Assembly (NCBI RefSeq): GCF_000017305.1
Contig: NC_009664.2
Span: 4,170,001-4,202,000, forward strand
Direction of reading: 5' to 3'
Source of the DNA: Kineococcus radiotolerans SRS30216 = ATCC BAA-149
GTDB lineage: Bacteria; Actinomycetota; Actinomycetes; Actinomycetales; Kineococcaceae
DNA length: 32,000 nt
Shown here: positions 14,904 to 23,195 of the stretch, in pieces
Layout: the number at the start of each line of letters is the position of its first letter
How positions within the stretch are numbered: position 1 is the stretch's first letter
The notes under the pieces: model-generated
Databases searched by the model: none
Seen by the model: the letters and a program-made list of their open reading frames with translations, nothing else
Told to the model about the DNA's origin: nothing
Position numbers and translations under genes: made by a program

Positions 14904-15686
14904 TCAGGCCTTGTCGCGCATCATCCGCTCGGCCACCTGCAGCCGGAGGCGCCGGGGGAACAGGCGGCTGGACAGCGTGGCCATGACGCTGTTCGCGAGC
15001 CCGTCCACCACCGAGGGGGCCTTCCCCGCCAAGGCCGCGAAGGTCGTGTCGACGACCTGCACCGGTTGCCGCTTGTTCCGGGTGGGTCCCGGGTTCATCG
15101 GGGTTTCGGTGTCCCCGGGGGCCACCGACAGGATCCTCAGGCCGTGGGCGCGGTTCTCCTCCGACATCGCCTCGGTGAGCATGAGCACGTAGCTCTTGGT
15201 CGCCCCGTACGCCGCGAGGTGCGGGGTGGGCTGGTACGCGGCTGAGCTGGAGACGTTGACGATCGTGCCGCGGCCGGCGGTGCGCATCCGGACGATGGCC
15301 GCGCGCGTGAGCAGGGTCAGGGCGACGACGTTGAGCTCGACGAGGTGCCGGAAGGTGCTCTCGTCGGTGTCGGCGAGGTCCCCTCCGGGAGCGACGCCGG
15401 CGCAGTTGACGAGGTGGTCCAGGCGGGGGAGTCCGCTCACCAGCTCACCGGTCAGCTTCGTGAGGTCGGCGGGGTCGGCGAGGTCGGCGACGTGCACGTC
15501 GACGGTGGTGCCGTGCTCGTGGCTCAGTTCCGCGGCCAGGGCGTGCAGGACGGTGGCGGAGCGGGCGACCAGGAGCAGGTCGAACCCCTCGCGGGCGTAG
15601 CGGCGCGCGAACTGCTCACCGATGCCGGAACTGGCGCCGGTGATGACGGCGAGGGGGCGGGTCGAGGTGTTCGTCGGGGTGTTCAC
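14904..15686 (-). CDS. SDR-family oxidoreductase
   Basis: VITGASSGIG (TGxxxGxG), NCAG, catalytic YGATKSY (YxxxK). GTG 15686 with GGAAGGA upstream. Confidence 0.92.
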   Translation of the reverse strand: MNTPTNTSTRPLAVITGASSGIGEQFARRYAREGFDLLLVARSATVLHALAAELSHEHGTTVDVHVADLADPADLTKLTGELVSGLPRLDHLVNCAGVAPGGDLADTDESTFRHLVELNVVALTLLTRAAIVRMRTAGRGTIVNVSSSAAYQPTPHLAAYGATKSYVLMLTEAMSEENRAHGLRILSVAPGDTETPMNPGPTRNKRQPVQVVDTTFAALAGKAPSVVDGLANSVMATLSSRLFPRRLRLQVAERMMRDKA

Positions 15687-15697
15687 GGTGGTCCTTC

Positions 15698-15716
15698 CGG
15701 TGGGAGTTCCCCACCG
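15698..15716. promoter_or_regulatory. candidate TetR operator
   Basis: CGGTGGG-AGTTC-CCCACCG: perfect 7-bp inverted repeat in the 79-bp SDR/TetR divergent intergenic region, directly upstream of (overlapping by 1 nt) the SDR ribosome-binding region. Confidence 0.4.
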
Positions 15717-15765
15717 TATCGGATGACTTATCCACTTCGATAGGCCCTCCGATTAGACTGCTCCG

Positions 15766-16314
15766 ATGGAGGGACTCCGCAAGGACGCCGCACGCAACCG
15801 CGCCCGGATCGTCGACGCTGCGCGCGAGGTGGCCGCGCAGGGGGAACCGCTGGCCCTGAACGCGGTCGCCCGCGCCGCCGAGGTGGGCGTGGGCACGGTC
15901 TACCGGCACTTCGCCTCCGTGGAGGAACTCGAGGAGGTGCTCGTCTGGGACCGGTTCGAGGAGCTGGGCGAGATCCTCCGGACCCCGACCGGTCCGGTGC
16001 TGGAACCGGCGCTGCGAGCGCACTTCACCCTGCTGGCCGCGGACGAGGTGTTCGAGAAGGTGACCGCCCGGGCGACGCCGGCGCTGCCGCAGACCGCCGC
16101 GATGCGTCAGGACCTGATCGAGGAGTTGGCGGCCCTGCTGGAGCGGGCCCGGTCAGCGGGGGAGGTGCACCGCGGGATCGACGCGCCCACGGTCCTGCTG
16201 CTGATGTGCGGTCTGGCGCACGCGGTTCGCAGTGCGCGGCTCTCCCCGCAGAGCGCCCCGGCGCAAGAGCTGCTGCAGGTGGTGCTCCGCGGTCTGCGCA
16301 GCGCCGGTGCCTGA
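15766..16314 (+). CDS. TetR/AcrR-family transcriptional regulator
   Basis: RNRARIVDAAREVAAQGEPLALNAVARAAEVGVGTVYRHFAS is a TetR N-terminal HTH. Divergent from the SDR gene. Confidence 0.92.
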   Translation: MEGLRKDAARNRARIVDAAREVAAQGEPLALNAVARAAEVGVGTVYRHFASVEELEEVLVWDRFEELGEILRTPTGPVLEPALRAHFTLLAADEVFEKVTARATPALPQTAAMRQDLIEELAALLERARSAGEVHRGIDAPTVLLLMCGLAHAVRSARLSPQSAPAQELLQVVLRGLRSAGA

Positions 16315-16397
16315 GGGATCCGCTGCCCGCGGCGACCGTCCGGTCGTGGCCGGTCAGGACGTCCGCGGGTGACCGTGATCGTGCCCGGACCGCGAGA

Positions 16398-17459
16398 TCA
16401 CCGTGAGGTCGTCCCGCCGGCCAGGTCGAGGGCCTCGTCGCACCACCTGACCAGGTGGGACAGGGCCACGCCGCGCTGGTGGTGGAGGTGCACGGCGTCG
16501 GCGCGCTGGTGGTAGGCGTCGTGCTCGGTGTCGGCGGCCTTCTGCAGCAGCAGGGGCAGCAGCCAGGTGTACTTCACGCAGGAGGCGACGACCCCGAGGC
16601 GGGCGTCGCGGTCGGTGCCGTCCCAGCCGCCGGCCCGCAACCCCTCCAGGTACGCGGGGAAGCAGGCCGCTTCCAGTTCCGCGAGGCGTTCGGCGGGCCA
16701 GAACAGGTCGAAGACGGCGTCGGGCAGGTAGTTGCCGAGGTCCTCCCCGACGGCGCCGTCGCCGGCGAAGGCCCAGTCCAGCAGGACGACCTCACCGTTG
16801 GGGCGGCGGATGACGTTGGCGACCCAGGCGTCGAGGTGGCAGAGGGTGCGGGGCAGGGTCTCCACCACCCTCAGCAGGTCCTCGCGGTGGGCCAGCAGCC
16901 GCGCCCACCCCGACCGCAGGTCAGGGGGCCAGGTGCCGCGGATGAGGGGCTGCTCCCACGCCGCGTCGGCTTCGGCGGTGTCGTCGACGAGGGTGAGGTC
17001 GCCGGGGCGACTGGTGGAGTAGGCGCGCAGGAAGCCGTGCGAGGCCCACGCCGGGGTGGGCTGGAGGGGTCGGGCCTGCCAGCGCCCCAGCGCGGTGGCG
17101 GTGGCGACGTGGTCGTCGAGGGTGAAGTCGGCCCCGGCGGTACCGGGCACGTCCTCCAGCCACAGGTCGATGCCCTCCTCACCGGGGCGGACGTCGGCGG
17201 TGGGCAGGTCCAGGCCGGTACCGGTGAGGGAGGCCCGCAGTCGTGGGTCGGTGTAGACCTCGGCTTCGCGGGCCCAGTAGTTCCAGTCGCTGGGGGTGGC
17301 CGAGGAGGCCCAGTGCGCGGGGGCGGTGGCGACGGTTCCGGCGCGGCGCAGTTGCTTGTGGATGCGGGTGGTGCCGTCGGGGGCGAGGACGCGTTCGACG
17401 ACACCGGTGGTGGCGTTGTCCGGGTTGAACCTCAGCGTCCGGCGCTGCCGCGGGGGCAT
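16398..17459 (-). CDS. phosphotransferase (APH/choline-kinase-like) family protein
   Basis: Brenner motif LCHLDAWVANVI (HxDxxxxN) and metal-binding VVLLDWAFAGDG. 353 aa. Confidence 0.85.
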   Translation of the reverse strand: MPPRQRRTLRFNPDNATTGVVERVLAPDGTTRIHKQLRRAGTVATAPAHWASSATPSDWNYWAREAEVYTDPRLRASLTGTGLDLPTADVRPGEEGIDLWLEDVPGTAGADFTLDDHVATATALGRWQARPLQPTPAWASHGFLRAYSTSRPGDLTLVDDTAEADAAWEQPLIRGTWPPDLRSGWARLLAHREDLLRVVETLPRTLCHLDAWVANVIRRPNGEVVLLDWAFAGDGAVGEDLGNYLPDAVFDLFWPAERLAELEAACFPAYLEGLRAGGWDGTDRDARLGVVASCVKYTWLLPLLLQKAADTEHDAYHQRADAVHLHHQRGVALSHLVRWCDEALDLAGGTTSR

Positions 17460-17739
17460 GGCCGCGATCCTCGCAGGCGGAGCGACGGCCTGGTCGTCGG
17501 GCGGGGGGCACGACAGCGGGACGACCGGATCACCCGTTCACGGCCGAGGCGCTTCGGCGGGGGCAGGGTTCGGCGGAGGTTCGCCGCTGAGTCGTGCTGC
17601 GAGCGTGGGCGGAAGGCGGCGCGCGGGCCCTGCTCGTGCTGCTCGTCGGCACGTACCTGGGGGTTTCGGCGCCGAGCGGGCTGGTGATCCACCACCGGTG
17701 GGCGGGTGGCACCTGGCCACCCGCCCACCTCCGGCGGGA

Positions 17740-18120
17740 TCACGCTTCCGACGGGTCCTTCGCGACGTCGCACCACACCTGGGTGCACCCCGGCAACTGG
17801 CGCCAACCCCACTGGCTGCTCAGCCCGTTCAGCAGTCCTTCCGCCTCGTCGGACACGTCGACGACGACGGGTCCGGCCAGGTCGACCAGGACGCTGAGCT
17901 GGCCGGGTTCATCGCGCATGGCCACGCCGAGGACGTGGTGGGCGCGCCCACCCACGGCCATCAGTTCCCCCGCTGCTTGGACGACGTCGTCCGCGCGTTC
18001 CTCCGGCATCCCGCTCTGCTGGGCGTAGAGGTCGAGGAGGCGTCGCGCCTGGGCGAGGGCGTCCGGGTTCGGCGCCAGGGTGAGGTAAACCTCGTCGCTG
18101 GTGCCCGGGTCGAAACTCAC
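17740..18120 (-). CDS. hypothetical protein with distant SpoIIAB-like (HATPase_c_2) resemblance
   Basis: GTG 18120 with GAGAGG upstream; excellent G/C3. The C-terminal LSSQWGWRQLPGCTQVWCDV resembles the ...WG...GK.VW ending of actinobacterial anti-sigma-type ATPase domains. The N-box and G-box are not evident, so the function call is weak. Confidence 0.6.
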   Translation of the reverse strand: MSFDPGTSDEVYLTLAPNPDALAQARRLLDLYAQQSGMPEERADDVVQAAGELMAVGGRAHHVLGVAMRDEPGQLSVLVDLAGPVVVDVSDEAEGLLNGLSSQWGWRQLPGCTQVWCDVAKDPSEA

Positions 18121-18132
18121 GGTTCTGCCTCT

Positions 18133-18154
18133 CTGGGTGTTCTGGGTGTTCTGG
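18133..18154. repeat. (CTGGGTGTT)x2.4 tandem nonamer
   Basis: ctgggtgtt ctgggtgtt ctgg, 13 nt upstream of the GTG at 18120 (minus-strand gene). Confidence 0.85.
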
Positions 18155-18634
18155 ATCCCCGGCCCTGCGGTTGGGGGGAGGGGAGGAGGCGCCCACGGTC
18201 CCGGCGGCCGGACCGTCGGCGACCCGGCTGAGCCCGGTGGTGGCGCTCGGCGGCGGGTGCGTGCCGCGGCCCGTCCGGGGAGGACCTCAGGTGGGGAGGC
18301 GTCGCTCCTCGCCGGGTGGCCGCCGGGAGCGGGAGCGCCTCCTCAGGAGGACCCGGACCACCCCTGCCGTCGGCGGCGGTGACGGGGAGTCCCGGGCGCC
18401 ACGACACGTCGGTGCGGGCACGACGAGGTGGCGCGCGGGAGGCGGGGGGAGCAGGGCGTGGACGCCATGTCAGGTACTCCAGGTGCGGAGTGTCGTCAGG
18501 CCGTCGTTGGACCGTCATCGAAGGATATCGGTACACCGCGCCACGACAACCTGGAACCGGCGTCCGGCCGGCGTGGGCCGGCCCGCGAACCGGTGGCGAC
18601 GGGGGTCGGTGGTGAGGAACCTCGGGCCGGAGGC

Positions 18635-18658
18635 GTGAACCGGGCCCTCGCGGGGTAG
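18635..18658 (+). promoter_or_regulatory. candidate stress-sigma (SigB/SigF-type) promoter
   Basis: GTGAAC-N12-GGGTAG resembles GTTTNN-N12-15-GGGTAT. It lies about 35 nt upstream of ATG 18693, which has GGAGG at 18683-18687. Inference only. Confidence 0.25.
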
Positions 18659-18692
18659 GCCACCGTCGACACACCCGACGACGGAGGTAGCC

Positions 18693-19589
18693 ATGTCCCA
18701 GGACCAGACCCAGCCCCAGGACCCGCAGGAGCAGTTCTCCCAGCCCGACTCCGAGGGCGAGCAGATCCCCCACCCCGGACGCACCCGGGACATGGGTGAC
18801 CAGCCCGACCACGGCGAGGACTCCTACCGGGGCAGCAACCGCCTGGACGGCAAGAAGGCGATCATCACGGGTGGGGACTCCGGCATCGGACGCGCGGTCG
18901 CGATCGCGTTCGCCCGTGAGGGCGCCGACGTCCTCATCGCCTACCTGCCCGAGGAGGAGGAGGACGCGCAGACCACGATCCGCCACGTCGAGCAGGCCGG
19001 GCGCAAGGGCGTCGCGGTACCCGTGGACCTGCGCGAGGAGGACGCCTGCCAGCAGGTCGTCGACCGCGCTGTCGCGGAGTTCGGGCGCATCGACGTGCTG
19101 GTGAACAACGCGGCCTACCAGATGGCGCAGCCCGGTGGCATCGAGGACATCACCACCGAGCAGTTCGACCGGGTCCTCAAGACGAACCTGTACGCCATGT
19201 TCTGGCTGTGCAAGAAGGCCGTCCCGCACATGCAGCCCGGCGCCACCATCATCAACACCTCCTCCATCCAGGCGTACCAGCCCTCCCCGCCGCTGCTGGA
19301 CTACGCCACCACCAAGGCCGGCATCGTCAACTTCACCAAGGGACTCGGCCAGATGCTGGCCGAGAAGGGCATCCGGGTGAACTCCGTGGCCCCCGGCCCC
19401 ATCTGGACACCGCTGATCCCGGCGACGATGCCGGAGGAGAAGGTCGAGACCTTCGGCGAGGACGCTCCCCTGGGGCGTGCGGGGCAGCCGGCCGAGCTCG
19501 CCCCGGCGTACGTGTTCTTCGCCTCCCAGGAGTCCAGCTACATCACCGCCGAGGTCCTCGGCGTGACCGGCGGTTCGCCCCTCGCCTGA
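18693..19589 (+). CDS. SDR-family oxidoreductase (YhdF/YdaD general-stress-protein-39 type)
   Basis: GKKAIITGGDSGIGRAVAIAFAREGADVLIAYL, NNAA, catalytic YATTKAG. The N-terminal Gln/Pro/Asp-rich extension is typical of this subgroup. Confidence 0.9.
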   Translation: MSQDQTQPQDPQEQFSQPDSEGEQIPHPGRTRDMGDQPDHGEDSYRGSNRLDGKKAIITGGDSGIGRAVAIAFAREGADVLIAYLPEEEEDAQTTIRHVEQAGRKGVAVPVDLREEDACQQVVDRAVAEFGRIDVLVNNAAYQMAQPGGIEDITTEQFDRVLKTNLYAMFWLCKKAVPHMQPGATIINTSSIQAYQPSPPLLDYATTKAGIVNFTKGLGQMLAEKGIRVNSVAPGPIWTPLIPATMPEEKVETFGEDAPLGRAGQPAELAPAYVFFASQESSYITAEVLGVTGGSPLA

Positions 19590-19607
19590 ACCGCCCCCGA
19601 CCACGGG

Positions 19608-19637
19608 CCCGTCGGTGGCCGACGGGGGGTGCACCCC
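19608..19637 (+). terminator. candidate terminator (two overlapping GC hairpins)
   Basis: CCCGTCGG-TGG-CCGACGGG (19608-19626) and GGGGG-TGCA-CCCCC (19624-19637), 19 nt after the SDR stop. Confidence 0.45.
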
Positions 19638-19871
19638 CTCGCGGCCACCGGACGGGACCGCGAGGCCCGGCCGCCGCGGGCAGCCGGCCGGCCGGTGGTC
19701 CCGGGACCCGCGGTGAGCGTGTGCACCGTGCGCCCCACCGCCGGTGGGAGCGGCACCGGGTGAGCCTGCGGCAGCGACGAGGTGTGAGTCATCTCACGGG
19801 CCCGCACCCCGGGCCGGCCAGCCCCCCGTGCTCGCGTTGTGGAACGGCCCGGGCTGACGTCTGATGAGCCC

Positions 19872-21080
19872 ATGGCAGTCACCCTGCGGTCGATCGAGGT
19901 CGCCGTCCCACCCACCGTGCTCGTCCAGCACCAGTTGCGCGACCTCTTCACCGCCCAGCCCGGTCTGAGCCGGCTCGGGGCGCGGCTGGCGGCCGCGGCG
20001 TTCAACGCCTCCGGGATCGAACGCCGCCACACCGTGCTCGCCGAGCTCGCCCCCGACGCCGGCACCGGCGCGACCGCCTTCTTCGACCCCGCCACCGGCC
20101 GGCTGCTCGACCCGAGCACCGGCGTGCGCAACGCCGTCTACGCCCGCGAGGCCGACGCGCTGTTCGTCCGGGCGGCGGCCGCCGCCCTCGCCGGGTGCGA
20201 GGGGATCGACGCCCAGGACGTCACCCACGTCGTCACCGCCTCCTGCACGGGCTTCTACTCGCCCGGACCGGACTACCGGATCGTGCGCGCCCTCGGCCTG
20301 CAGCCGTCCGTGCAGCGCTCCCACGTGGGCTTCATGGGCTGCTACGCCGCCTTCCCCGCGCTGCGGCAGGCGAACGCGATCTGCCGCGCCGACCCCGACG
20401 CCGTCGTCCTCGTCGCCGCCGCCGAGCTGTGCACGCTGCACGTGCACGTGCGCGACGACCAGGACACCGTCGTGGGGGCCTCCCTGTTCGCCGACGGCGC
20501 CGCCGCCGCCGTCGTCACCGGCCGCGACCTCGGGCCCGCCCCGGCGCTGCAGTTGGACGACCTCGCCAGCGTCCTGACGCCGGTGGGCGAGGAGGCGATG
20601 GCGTGGAGCATCGGGGACAACGGCTTCGAGATGGTGCTCGGCTCCTACGTCCCGCACATCATCGACGAGCACGTCGAGTCCGCGCTGGCCCCGCTGATGG
20701 CCCGGGACGCCTCGCTGCGCGGCAGCGCCCACCACGAGATCGAGCACTGGGCCGTCCACCCGGGCGGGCGCAGCATCCTCGACAAGGTGGAGACGACGCT
20801 GGGGCTGTCGACCGAGCAGATGCGCCCCTCGCGCGAGGTGCTGCGCGACTTCGGCAACATGAGCAGCGCCACCGTCCTGTTCGTCCTGCGCGACGTCCTG
20901 GCCCGGGCCACGGCGGGCGAACGGGTGTGCGCCATGGCCTTCGGGCCCGGCCTGACCGTGGAGTCGGGGCTGTTCACCCGGGTCGGCTCCCCGGCCCCCG
21001 CGACCCTGCCCGCGAGCGAGGACGAGACCGAGCCGGCGGCGGTGGCGGGACCCCGGCGCGAACTGCTGGGCGCCCGGTGA
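19872..21080 (+). CDS. type III polyketide synthase (chalcone/stilbene synthase family; SrsA-like)
   Basis: ATG 19872 (MAVTLRSIEV). Catalytic Cys in VVTASCTGFYSPGPD, His in WAVHPGGRSIL, Asn in FGNMSSATVLF. Confidence 0.93.
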   Translation: MAVTLRSIEVAVPPTVLVQHQLRDLFTAQPGLSRLGARLAAAAFNASGIERRHTVLAELAPDAGTGATAFFDPATGRLLDPSTGVRNAVYAREADALFVRAAAAALAGCEGIDAQDVTHVVTASCTGFYSPGPDYRIVRALGLQPSVQRSHVGFMGCYAAFPALRQANAICRADPDAVVLVAAAELCTLHVHVRDDQDTVVGASLFADGAAAAVVTGRDLGPAPALQLDDLASVLTPVGEEAMAWSIGDNGFEMVLGSYVPHIIDEHVESALAPLMARDASLRGSAHHEIEHWAVHPGGRSILDKVETTLGLSTEQMRPSREVLRDFGNMSSATVLFVLRDVLARATAGERVCAMAFGPGLTVESGLFTRVGSPAPATLPASEDETEPAAVAGPRRELLGAR

Positions 21081-21823
21081 CCCTGCCCGACCTCCGCACG
21101 CGCGACCGCACCGCCGTCGAGCTCATGGACGACCCGGACTGCGACCTGCCCGCGCTGGAACGCACCTACGCGCAGTTCCGCGCCGTGAACGCCGTGGTCG
21201 CCGGCTGGCAGCTCGCCTACCGCCGGCACGTGCGGCCGCTGCTGCGCGAGGACCGGGTCACCACGATCCTCGACGTCGGCTGCGGCGGTGGCGACCTGGC
21301 GCGGGCGCTGGCCCGCTGGGCGCGCCGGGACGGGCGCCGCGCGCAGGTCACCGGCATCGACCCCGACCGTCGGGCGCACGCCTGGGCGGCGCGCCAGCCG
21401 CCGGTGCCGGGGGTGGACTTCCGGTGCGCCCACAGCAGCGACCTCGTGGCCGAGGGCCTGCGCTTCGACGTCGTCGTCTCCAACCACGTCCTGCACCACC
21501 TCGACGAGCCCGACCTGCGCACGCTGCTGGAGGACTCGCGCGCGCTGGCCCGCGCCCGGGTCGCGCACAGCGACATCGCCCGCGGCGCCTGGGCGTACCG
21601 GCTGTTCTCGTGGGGGACCCGGCCGCTGGCGGCCGGCTCGTTCATCCGCGAGGACGGGCTGACCTCGATCCGCCGCAGCTACACCCCCGCCGAGCTCGCG
21701 GCGGCGGCCGGACCGGGCTGGCGCGTCGAGCGGCCGTGGCCGGCCCGCAACCTGCTCCTCGACGACGAGCTGCCCGGCGACGCCCTCCCCGGCGACGCGC
21801 CCGCCGGCGACGGACCGCGCTGA
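21077..21823 (+). CDS. class I SAM-dependent methyltransferase (SrsB position)
   Basis: GTG 21077 overlaps the PKS stop (GTGA 21077-21080). SAM motif I ILDVGCGGGDL, then DVVVSNHVLHHL. Only the last third of the listed ORF 20195..21823 is real. Confidence 0.88.
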   Translation: MTLPDLRTRDRTAVELMDDPDCDLPALERTYAQFRAVNAVVAGWQLAYRRHVRPLLREDRVTTILDVGCGGGDLARALARWARRDGRRAQVTGIDPDRRAHAWAARQPPVPGVDFRCAHSSDLVAEGLRFDVVVSNHVLHHLDEPDLRTLLEDSRALARARVAHSDIARGAWAYRLFSWGTRPLAAGSFIREDGLTSIRRSYTPAELAAAAGPGWRVERPWPARNLLLDDELPGDALPGDAPAGDGPR

Positions 21824-21824
21824 C

Positions 21825-23078
21825 GTGCCCGACTGCGAGGTGCTCGTCGTCGGCGGCGGGCCCACGGGGCTCTTCCTCGGCGCGCTGCTGGCCCGGGACG
21901 GCGTCGACGTCGCCGTCCTCGAGCGCCGGTCCGGGCCCAGCACCCACTCGCGGGCCATCGGGCTGCACCCGCCCGCCCTGGAGGCGCTGGAGGAGCTGGA
22001 CGTGCGCGAGGCGGTGGTGGCGGCCGGCGTGCGGGTGCACACCGGCCAGGCGCGCAGCCGGGGCCGCCTGCTGGGCTCGCTGACGTTCGAGCGGGCGTGG
22101 CCGCAGAACCCGTTCGTGCTGACCCTGCCCCAGCAGCGGACCGAGGCGGTCCTGGAGCAGCGCCTGGCGGACCTGGCCCCCGGCGCGCTGCGGCGGGACC
22201 GGGAGGTGCTGGAGGTGCACGACGCGGGCCTGGGGCCGGTGCGCGTCCTGGTGCGGCCCACCGCACCGGCCGGGGCGGAGCCGGAGACCTGGACCGCCCG
22301 GGTCGTCGTCGTGGCCGGCGGCGCGCACGGGCGCACCCGCGAGCTGACCGGCATCACCGGGCGGGTCCGCGCCTACCCGGACACCTACCTCATGGGCGAC
22401 TTCGCCGACGCGACCTCCGACCCGGGGACCGCGGCGATCCACCTCGAGCCCGCGGGCGTCGTGGAGTCCTTCCCCCTGCCCGGCGGGGTGCGCCGCTGGG
22501 TCGTGCACACCGGGTGGGTCCCGGCGCCGGCGTCGGCGCCGCGGCTGGCCGAGCTCGTGGCCGAGCGCACCGGCGCGGTGCTCGACGTCGCCTCGAACTC
22601 CATGGTCAGCGCGTTCGCCGTCCGCCGCCGGATCGCCGAGCGCATGGTCCGCGGGCGCCGGGTCGTCCTCGGGGACGCCGCGCACGAGATCAGCCCCATC
22701 GGCGGCCAGGGCATGACGCTGGGCTGGCTGGACGCGGGCGAACTGGCCCCGCTGCTCGTGCGGGAGCTGCGCCGCGGTGCCGGCCGGGAGCTCGACGGCG
22801 TGCCCGAGCTGGTGGCCTTCCAGCGGCGCCGGCTGGCCGCGTCCCGCCGGGCGGCGTGGCAGGCGGGAGCCAACACGCGCCTCGGCCGGCCGGTGCCCGC
22901 CGGGGTGCGCGGGGCGCGCAACGGCCTCCTGCGGGCCGTGCTGGCGACCCCCGCGCGCCACGGGCTGGCGGGGGCCTTCTCGATGCGCTGGGCCGGCGCG
23001 GGCCAGCAGCCCCGGCGGGCGGGGGCAGCGCGATCGCGGGTCCCGGTTCCGCCCGCTCCGGCGGCCGGACGGCGCTGA
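21825..23078 (+). CDS. FAD-dependent aromatic monooxygenase (SrsC position)
   Basis: GTG 21825 lies 1 nt after the methyltransferase stop. It has VLVVGGGPTGLFLGALLARDG (GxGxxG) and VVLGDAAHEISPIGGQGMTLG (the GDAAH...GQG motif of PHBH-type hydroxylases). Confidence 0.9.
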   Translation: MPDCEVLVVGGGPTGLFLGALLARDGVDVAVLERRSGPSTHSRAIGLHPPALEALEELDVREAVVAAGVRVHTGQARSRGRLLGSLTFERAWPQNPFVLTLPQQRTEAVLEQRLADLAPGALRRDREVLEVHDAGLGPVRVLVRPTAPAGAEPETWTARVVVVAGGAHGRTRELTGITGRVRAYPDTYLMGDFADATSDPGTAAIHLEPAGVVESFPLPGGVRRWVVHTGWVPAPASAPRLAELVAERTGAVLDVASNSMVSAFAVRRRIAERMVRGRRVVLGDAAHEISPIGGQGMTLGWLDAGELAPLLVRELRRGAGRELDGVPELVAFQRRRLAASRRAAWQAGANTRLGRPVPAGVRGARNGLLRAVLATPARHGLAGAFSMRWAGAGQQPRRAGAARSRVPVPPAPAAGRR

Positions 23079-23163
23079 GCTCCGCACCGGTCGGTCGCCG
23101 CAGCGTGCGCGCCCGCTCCGCCCGGCTGAAGGTCCTCCGGGGAACCCGGGGACGGGGTGGCAC

Positions 23164-23188
23164 GCCGACCCCGCCCGGTGGGGTCGGC
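23164..23188. terminator. bidirectional terminator hairpin
   Basis: GCCGACCCC-GCCCGGT-GGGGTCGGC: perfect 9-bp stem between the convergent monooxygenase (stop 23078) and MFS (stop 23196) genes. Confidence 0.6.
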
Positions 23189-23195
23189 CCGCTCC

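Noticed and set aside
17460-17739. Possible gene in the 280-bp gap between the APH-like gene and the SpoIIAB-like gene
   Set aside because: All listed ORFs here (17432..17812, 17530..17712, 17538..17720, 17594..18028) are Arg/Pro-rich and have no coding bias.
18505-18527. GTTGGA-N11-GGATAT as an alternative SigB-type promoter
   Set aside because: The spacer is too short and the element lies about 165 nt from the start codon. The GTGAAC-N12-GGGTAG element nearer the gene is the better, though still weak, candidate.
20195-21076. N-terminal 294 codons of the listed 542-aa ORF 20195..21823
   Set aside because: This part is off-frame overlap with the type III PKS. Only the part from GTG 21077 (the methyltransferase) is real.
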